A stretch of 64,000 bases of DNA from Octopus sinensis (lineage: Eukaryota). The position numbers were made by a program, and so were the translations under genes. The stretch is taken from positions 80,414,001-80,478,000 of the forward strand of contig NC_042999.1 of the NCBI RefSeq assembly GCF_006345805.1. Reading direction: 5' to 3'. The first letter of the stretch is position 1. The number at the start of each line of letters is the position of its first letter. Positions 54,421 to 64,000 of this stretch are shown piece by piece. The notes under the pieces were generated by a model that saw only the letters and a list, made by a program, of their open reading frames with translations, searched no databases and was not told where the DNA came from.

Positions 54421-57047
54421 CTACTGTAGAAAAAAAAAAGTATATGGAAGTTACACAGAAATGACACAAAAGGCAGGGAACGTGCAATTCTGAATGCAAT
54501 GCTCCAGTATGTCATTGGCTATTAAGGATAAATCAAAACTAACGAAGTAAAAATATATACAATTGCTACGAAAATTTAAGTTCCGTTGGGTGATCATTTG
54601 TGTGTATGATTATATACGCATGTAGACATTGCAGGATGTCGTAGCAGGTATAGCTGAATACGTTTCCTGTATTATTATTTATATCTGTACACAGTTGTGA
54701 GCGTTAAGATATCTGCATCGGCAAACATTTCGAATATGGAAAAGATAACGAGAATTTAATAGCTGCTGGCAATTGAAATTTCTCTTCAATTGAATCAATG
54801 ATACAATCTGTCCTTAGAGATGAGTATGATGAAATACTGCAAAAGCATAACCTATTACATCATCGAGTTAACCCTTAGGTTACTAAATGTAATTTACATG
54901 TTCATATATTGGTGAGATGCAAAAGTTTAAGCAACAACCACAACTACAATTGGTTTCAAATGCACAGATCTAAAACGAATGTAATTGGTTTTTAGAAATT
55001 ATTAACAGCTTTGAATTTCGTTTCTGTATCTTAATTTAAATCTGTGTAGTTTATATCTTATCGCTGCTTAACAATTAAACATCTATAATTTTTTCAGTAA
55101 TTTTAGAGAGAAATTCGAATTGGGCTGAGAATGAAATGCCGAGATTAAAGCTCAATAAGCTTTCGTTTTACATGGCATATAGCTTTTACATATTTACTTG
55201 AGCAATTGTGACGTTGAGATTCCCCTTTCATCATCAATGAGCTGTATTGTATGATCGTAGTGGAGAAATTTCAAAAGTTTAATGAAGCTGAAATCGTAAT
55301 GAGGCTTCAAGTTAAATAACACAGAAAACTGTTGGATTCTTTTGAACATCACATGAATGCCCAATGGTTCAAGGAACAGAAATTAGCAAAAGCTTAGAGG
55401 AACTTACCGTTTCCTGATATTAACCTTGTAAATAAATGAATATTAACTTAATTGAGGATCGAAACCGATACGCCTTATCGATTTCCCCTGTAACTCTTGT
55501 TAAGCGTTTCTCATTCCTTTAATCGAAAGTAACCATATTTTTTTAGGCAACAATAGTAATTCCTAGAGAACACAAGATTAATTGTAATGATCTAGATATA
55601 TTAATACTACATGAAGATCTTTGATCTTTTACATAATGAAATATGGAAAGCAAGGTTGATAATAAGGACCTAACAAACTTATTACCAGTTGAAAATAAAC
55701 CCTATATGATATACAGATATAAAGAGGAAATCATTGGACATGTTCCAATAAACTGGATTTCATTCGACAGCTGTAAAGGCAGAGAATTTTAAACGTGGCT
55801 AATTCCAAAACTAAAACTAAAATGACTGCAAGGTGTAAAAATTAAGTAACTGTTGGAGAGTCTTGGATGATAGGTTTTCTCTGTCAGAGCTGCCTTGAAG
55901 CTAAATAAGCAGTATATTCAACAACGACCAAAACAAAATGGTGTCCACTATCCTATTGATTTCAATATGTAACTGTTCATATATTTTATTTTACTTACGT
56001 ATAAGCAGGGTACATTGGAAATGTTATCGTCAGATCCCGAAACAATCTAAATTTTTCTTGATATCTTCCAATTTATACCCGATTATCTTTTTATACTCAC
56101 TTTTTTCCATTTCTTCATATTTCTTTTTGTTTTTGTGTCCTTTCATTGCACAATTATTTAAAACAAAACATAATGTTGCAGATCCCATAAATTCAATCAC
56201 ATATACTGATCCGAACACAAGTACTAACAGAAAAATAACCAGACAAATACTAACACTTGATACATATATTTAAACTTGCAAATAAAACACACATAGAGAC
56301 GTATATCAATAAAAAAAAATTATACTACCACAGTTTACCACTGTTACTTCATGGTACAAAATAAATGGAACTTTGCCAACCGCTAAGAATTCATAAAGTG
56401 AAAAACAGCAACAACAACAACATGACTATAGAAAATATTATACAAAAGTTACCACAACAAGAACGCAAAAACAGAAACAACAACAAAATTAATATTACAG
56501 TACAAAATAATAAAAAGCGAAATAGCTAACTAACTGTATTATCGACTAACATCAAAAGGAAAACAGGCAACTACCGACAATATGCGAAAGTAGAGAGAAA
56601 AACGCTGCAATAACGCGTAGTAAGCACTAATAAACGTTAAAACCACTTATTTCCTCACCAAAGTAACGAAAAGTACATTATATTATGCTTCGGTTTTGTT
56701 TGCTTTTTTTTTTATTTTACTTATTTTCTTTGTTTTCATTTTATTGTTTCATTCTATTGCTTGTTTTTAAATTTCTCTATATTTTTGTTTTTACTTTGCC
56801 TTCTGTATTCTTTCTTTTGTTTTTATCGAAAACGAAAGTAGCTGCTAATATATATCTAGTGGACTATATACAGAAATTTAAGCTTTTCATAGTTGCTGTT
56901 GAATTTACATCTAAACACAATTCCTTTCATCTCTATTGACGCTGCATCATCTAAGACTGTTATATCTCACTCGTTGCTTTCTGCCTCTCCTCTTCCACTG
57001 CTCTCTCTCTCTTTCTCTCTCTTTCCACACAAACACACATATACTTG

Positions 57048-57049
<2 letters not shown>

Positions 57050-57127
<78 letters not shown>

Positions 57128-57239
57128 ATATATATATACATATATATATATATTCACATAAATATATGTATATACATATGCAAATGTATATATATATATG
57201 TATGTATGAATGTATTATATATATATATATAAATATATA

Positions 57240-57278
<39 letters not shown>

Positions 57279-57312
57279 GTGTATATATATATATATAATA
57301 TATATATATATG

Positions 57313-57370
<58 letters not shown>
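57050..57370. repeat. long imperfect (TA)n region
   Basis: Directly visible. Confidence 0.95.
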
Positions 57371-57374
<4 letters not shown>

Positions 57375-57899
57375 TATGCACACACACACACGGATATATG
57401 CACATCCATATACTTATCTACATCTATATAAACATATGTATACATAGAAATACACATATACGTACTTGTATATATTGGAAACAAAGCTACGCTTACTGCT
57501 TTTTATCTACCTATTTGGGACTGAAATAATAGTAGGAAACATCTAGAGGCGGAATAGAGTCGAATAGAAATGCAAAAAGTAGACGGCCTTTTTCTTCGTT
57601 TTGTATACCGACACCCCTTCATATACATACACATATGCACATATCTACATACCAATGCATATTTTCATGCACACATACAGTTCCCCACATAATTACATGC
57701 GTACATAGATTATACACATAAGTATACATAAATATATATATATATGTGTACGTGTGTGTTTGCATATGTTATAGCTCTATTCCACACGAATAATTTTGAT
57801 ACGAAGGACCAAGAAACATTAGCCTATATAATTACCGTCGCGCTTAAGGTGGTGGCTTAGACAACATTGCAGCCAACTACGTCGACAATGAATTTGATG

Positions 57900-58140
57900 T
57901 TGATTGTAATAATGATGATTAGAAAGAGGAGGGTAAGAAATAAGAAGTGGAATAGTGGAGTCGGCTTATCATACTCCTTATCATGTTTATGATGATGATG
58001 ATGATGATGATGGCCAAAGCTGTAAGCATGATATTCCTGTTTGTAATGATGATATCAAAGATGTTGAGACTGATAATGGGGATAATGCTGATGATGGTGA
58101 TGGTGACTATTATAAGGAGATGAATGACGGTGAATAGTCA
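57900..58140. repeat. degenerate (GAT)n low-complexity tract
   Basis: Directly visible; the source of the Asp-rich ORF. Confidence 0.8.
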
Positions 58141-60475
58141 TAATTATTTTAATACTCATGGTGACGTTATAAATAGTGCGACTGATAATATTGGTGCTAA
58201 TAATTATATGACTACATATACGGCGTTGAAATATGTTGTACAATTTAATACAGAGACTACAGCGTGAGGTTTTCTGCCATTCATACTGTCTTTGTATACC
58301 CTCTTTCATGCCCATTTGAACAATTTTCACTTTCAATGAAATGTGACATTCAGGAAAAGAGGAATGGATTGTACAGAGTCCCACTTTCCCCACTTTATAT
58401 AATTAAGTTCTACTAATTAAATTGATGATGGTAATGACGTGGAAGTCTGAAACGGTTTTAGAATATTTGTTATTACTGTTGAGCTTCATACCAAATCAGT
58501 TCAGATTGAATGGACCTGTGATTAAGCACATATTGTCATGTCATGCTATACTAATTTATTCAAGCATATATATATATATATATATATATATATTGCATCT
58601 AGAAATAATAGAATGCACGTTTTTTTTCTTTAAGACGACACGTTGAAATAGGCGAGGAATTTCGCTGTTATATTTTGTGGAAGGACAACGTAGAGGTACC
58701 TTCTTTATTTGTATAGTTGATGTAAGTGACAAATAATATACATTCTTTCATGGCAACGAAACACTTTAAAGGGGAATTCGATTGCACATACAACACAACT
58801 CACATGATACGTTGGGCTTTAGAGAAACCATTAATATGAACCTTTTTGGAAAGTGATGAATCAGACACAAAAATTAATTTGTCAGTGCCTATAACTTCAA
58901 AAGAATATTCGAAATAGAATCCGAAGTGTACGCTGTATACCTCACAAGTTAAATCATAATTATCTCCATTTACACACTGTTTCAAAATTCAAATTATCCT
59001 TAACATTTGCTACATTCTAAAATCTTGACTGATTGTATAATTTAAAAGCAAACACTCATAAAAACACCAAAAGCGTGGTACCTTAATATAATATTTTCCT
59101 TGCACGAATAGGAACCAAACTGACTTCAGATCTCATCTTACGAATTTAATCGATATGTCAGAAAAAAGATGATCTTCCTCATAATTGTTATACATTTATT
59201 CATATGTCGTATTCAACAGGATAAAGCTGATGCAAAGAAACAATTACAAATGGTCATAGACACAAAATTCTGAGGACGAGGTTATTTTACAGTTAATTCT
59301 ATAGCGTATTTTTTCATCTGACTCTTGACTGAGATTCATTGTGAATTATATTTAGCTTGTAACTATGTTAACTATGGTTTTATAGAACTATATTTACTGG
59401 GGATAAAACATCCTGTGCATTGAAAAATTCATAGACAAGTTTAAGACGTCCATTTGCTCATTAAATACCAGACGTTATTCCTTGTGTTTGCCCAGTACTT
59501 AATTTTTTAAAAACCGTGACTGAGAAAAATCTGATCATGTTTATGATACTTGTCTAAACATAAGCTTGCGCATATTGTGAAACAGAAGAATCTATGTATA
59601 ATTAGATAAAGAAACAAAGTCTAAGTGAAGTAATGGAGTTTGAGGCTTAGTAAACAGTATTTTGTTGCTACACTTTCATAGATATAATTTACTTATTATA
59701 TTGATCTGGGTTCTCCAAGGTGCAAAGTACTATTTAATATTACATCATATACTAATCAGTCTCGATCATTAAAAAGAGCTGAATTCTGATTCAGAATGAA
59801 TTCTGGTTCTTTAACAATTTGATCTTTGAGCGAATTTCTGCTAAATATTTTCATTTACCGATTCTTTTAGTAGTAATAGGTATAGTATACATCGTTTTGA
59901 AATATATATCCATGTTAAACGTTGTGTTCAGTTGTGCTTCAGAAAGAAACAATCTATCAAATTAGCAATATTGTTGTGGTTTTCGGTGAGTTGAAGCACC
60001 TCAGGTTAGATAGTTACATACAATTGAAAGGTGACTGAATACCATTCAAGATTTAAACTATACACGCAATTCAGAGTACGTACCATGATACGAACTTATG
60101 AATACTCGTACCGGTAGATCGATATACCATTCTCTCGCAACATTTTACAATATTCATAAAACCGCTTTCACCACTTCTACACTGTTAACTCGGTCAATTT
60201 CAACAATATTCATAAGCTTGGCACCGATTTTATTCTGCGTTACAACAGCACAGTAAAGTGATAAAAATTTTGTGACTTAACTGCTTCTATAAAAAATATC
60301 AATATTACTTTAGTAATAAACTATGGCTAGCTCATTGTCGGAAATTTTCTCGCCATAGGATTATTAATCATTTAATTAACAGATCTCTGTCCTACAAATA
60401 TTAGTTCTCTTGATTGTGGAAGTTGTATATATATATATAATATATATATATATAGATATATATATATATATATAT

Positions 60476-60516
<41 letters not shown>

Positions 60517-61803
60517 CATATACATATGTTGCTGAACTACCAATAGCGGGGTCATCGATTGACCGACACATTTGCTAACAAGTATGTAGTTTCAGAAAAG
60601 TTTCATGGATGAAAATGGAGGATTGGTAAGTTTGTTGTTTATAATTGTTTGCTGGTCGATTCTTGCATAGGAAAAATAAACATCAATAGACCACCTCTGA
60701 GTATTTATTGCTGAGAAATGCTAATACGCAACAAATCAAATATATCATTTTCTAAGTCGATCAATAGAGAAAGACGGGGAAACATTGATTCTGTTCGCCT
60801 TTACTTTCTGTTCTTCTCCGAATGTATGGATCCACGTGTATGCTATAGGTAAGAGACGAAATGTTTTATAGATAACAATCTCTGTCCTTCCGTACGTATG
60901 GATAAACGGTGTTTGGTGGTGAATTTAAAGGATATTAATTTGTGCTATTGATGACAACACAAATGTGCATTTCTAAACAATTTCTTATTAGGAAACCTTT
61001 ACGCTTTTTAGTACCAAGTGATTTAATCTAATGTGTAAACTATACGAGCTGAATTTTCAGACTTGGTTCAACTATATAAATACATTTGGGGTAACGTTCA
61101 TGTCGTTTCTGTGCAAACAAAATCTAACTGCCTACAAATCGCTAAGAATCTGATTTTTGTGTATAGGCACGTCAAATCATACAGTTTAACACTGCTTCTA
61201 AACCATAGTTCACTGTTTTAAGCAATCGACTCTGGCGCCTGCCAGAGTATTATTGTCACAAGCTTTCAAATACCTCTTCGTTTGTAGTGAAAATTAAAAG
61301 TTAAAAATATCAAAGATTGTCCTCACCATATCTCTCTAAGATTGGTGGCTATCATTGAAAATGAATTCACACAATTTCTTACTAATCATATGTTCACTGA
61401 GATGCGTGTCAGCCACAGTTATTCGCTGTCCATTTTAACTGCCAAGACTACACGCTGAAATATAGTTGCGGCACATAAGTAAATTCTACTCACTTCTTTC
61501 ACCTGCAAACCTTATTTTGTTACTTGTTTCAGCTTTTTGACTAGAAGTGATTATGAAACGGTTGTAACAGAGAACATTAGAGAGTTTCCAAGGAAAGAGA
61601 TAACTCACTACGGGCATATAGTCATCGTTGTTTTATCATTACCTTGTCTTAGTCATTCTGCAGGAGTCATGTCTTGGTACTGTCTTCAAGGTGTACATAT
61701 ATATATATTTATACACACACCCACATGTATATATATATACATACATATATACACACATACACACATACACACACATATATATATATATATGTATACACAT
61801 ATG

Positions 61804-62060
61804 TGAGGGTGCATTGCATAGTGGTTAAGGTGTTGCTTTCACGATCTGGCGATCGTGATTTCAATTCATAGACCGAGTGGTGCGATGTGTTCTGGAACAA
61901 AACACTTCATCTCGTATTGCGCTGCGGTAACTTCGACACCTGGTGTGTGGTACACAGCGCGCTTATTCAGCCAAGCTCAATTTGATGGAGAGAGTGAGCT
62001 TATGTGCGTCATGAGCATTTAGTCGCTATAATTAAATCATTTGTGCAGGTCGTCTGGCAA
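61804..62060 (+). mobile_element. decayed tRNA-derived SINE
   Basis: tgcattgcatagtggttaaggtgttgctttcacgatctggcgatcgtgatttcaattc has A-box-like and B-box-like motifs, followed by a non-tRNA body (aaaacacttcatctc...). Confidence 0.55.
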
Positions 62061-62866
62061 AAGATGAAATCTGATACAGTATATACATTACAACGTTAGA
62101 TAACATATGAGAGTTTGACAATTTTTCCCCAGCAACCACACAAAGGATTTGTTTATAGTGATCAAATAGCGTACAAATAGGTCAACTCCCTCCATCAAAT
62201 CGACATTACCTGTATAGGAGCAACGGGTGCCACTTGTCAGAGGACGAAATGATCGCAGAGCAACGTGAAATGAAGTGCCAGCCACGATCTTTCTTTCTTG
62301 GCGTGACTGCCGACCGCCAACACCTCTTATGTCCGTCTGCTAAGTTCCTGCCTTTAGGCTTTTACTTCATACACGCCAGTCCAATTGGATTCATTCTCAG
62401 TCGAAATACACCTGTTGTTATATTTTTGTTGTTTGTATTTGTAATTGTGCGCCATGTTCTCCGTTCCTTGTAATTATTGGAACACTGGAATGTGTAACGC
62501 ACTGTATGAATACCAATCTAGAATTTAGACTTCTCAAAATCAGAATGAAGAATTATGATTCAAAGACTATAAATTCAATCCATTACTAGAAATTTTAAAA
62601 TCTGTAAAACGTTCCAGAATTTTATTATTTAAGTATATATGTATATGTCTATATGTGCAAGAATGTGCATGGGGTTAGATATATAAAACAAAACGTACAA
62701 ATCTGTACATAAGCATGCAAAAATACCTTGTTGGTGTTGTTGAAATCCCAATGAAGAAGCCTTGGATCTAGGTTAGAAACCGGCCCTTTTTCTACTGGCA
62801 AGAAGTATTGAAATAAAACTGAATGACACACACACACAACACACACACATACACACACATACACAC

Positions 62867-62909
<43 letters not shown>

Positions 62910-63059
62910 AAAATTAAGGAATGGAGAAGATCCAATCCAGGTTTCATATGTTTCTTAGCCAACGGAACTCAGGAAGTAGTAATTATTCAAGCGAGTTTTA
63001 TACCACAGGCTACTTTTCAGGCCAAGGGTAGCTTGATATGAAGTTTTCATTGCCCTTAG

Positions 63060-63307
63060 GAGACCCATGTTAACACACGAAAGATTCGACGAAGATGTGT
63101 AGAAAGCTGAGTTTGAGTGAGGAATATAGTTGTGAAGAGTAATTAGAAATATAAGAAAAGAAAAAAAGAAAATATTAATGTAGTGGGAAAATTTACAAGT
63201 AAAGAATTTTAGCACGATCATTTAACAGATGAATTTCAGTAGGGACATTTAAACCGAGTCAAAGAGAGAGAGAGCGCGAGAGAGATAGCGATAGAGATAG
63301 ATAGATA

Positions 63308-63353
<46 letters not shown>

Positions 63354-63800
63354 TTTAGAGGAAAAGTGGTATTTGAATAGTATAGTGGGTGGAGGGGAGG
63401 GGATAATTGATTTGTAGTCAATGGTGAGAAAAATGGTATCAGTAGTAAAATTTAAAATCTAGAGGAACACGAGTTATGGTAGTAATGGCTTAAATCTAAG
63501 AATTAAGGAGTGTGTATTGTTTAGTGTGTGTGTGTCTGTATGATCTAATAGATGTGTATGTGTGCTTATGTAGTTGTGAGTTTTCAAAACGAGCGGGGAT
63601 TGGTCTGGAGGAAGGCGAATTAAGAGAATTTATAGGGTATAAAGCGTAAAGAAAAAGAAATATAAAGGTAAAAAATAAGAAATAAAGAATTTTAGAGAGT
63701 ATAGGGATGGTTAAAAAGTTGATTGTTGTGAGAACACATGTACAGGAATATCTATGAGGGGAGGGGGAATGACACAGGGGTAGTGTGGGTGTAGTTGATA
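63060..63800 (-). mobile_element. possible very decayed Penelope-like RT remnant interrupted by (GA)n
   Basis: Minus-strand TIDYKS and IPHS weakly echo the PLE motifs TSIxYKP and IPYS. Confidence 0.2.
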
Positions 63801-64000
63801 TTTGTATTTTGAGAATTGGTTACATAAAAATGATTCTATTGCGTTCATTCAAACACCATTATGCAATCCACTGGTTGTTGAATGAACACGTGTGCATAGT
63901 TTTTACAAAGACACAAATTACGTAACTTTTTCTCAAGGCGCCAATAGTAAGACCCACCTCCACCCAACTCACGCGTCAATCCCTAACTTCCGCCTTGCCC

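Overview
AT-rich eukaryotic genomic DNA packed with microsatellites ((TA)n, (CA)n, (GA)n, (TATC)n, (AAT)n, (GTA)n) and transposon debris. The tRNA-derived SINE families and repeat landscape look like an octopus (cephalopod) genome; this is recognition from memory, not a database result. I found no host protein-coding exon I can support, and most short ORFs in the track are translations of microsatellites. Identifiable content: (1) a 5'-truncated, frameshifted R4/Dong-type non-LTR retrotransposon (RT, zinc knuckle, restriction-like endonuclease) at about 35.9-39.1 kb, flanked by TAA repeats on both sides, plus an older R4-like relic at 40.7-42.2 kb. (2) Several Penelope-like element (PLE) remnants. 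(3) Mariner-derived MITEs and other fold-backs. (4) SINEs and CR1/RTE fragments. The most notable observation is a near-identical tandem pair of about 765-bp units at 23.16-24.67 kb. Each unit carries, on the minus strand, a decayed PLE GIY-YIG C-terminus followed by a hammerhead ribozyme with an intact core (CUGAUGA...GAAAC-AUAU-GUC) and an unusually long, branched stem II. This arrangement could release a 766-nt RNA, as retrozymes do, but a local duplication or an assembly artefact is not excluded. A second, minimal hammerhead variant lies in an internally deleted PLE at 52.3-53.05 kb.
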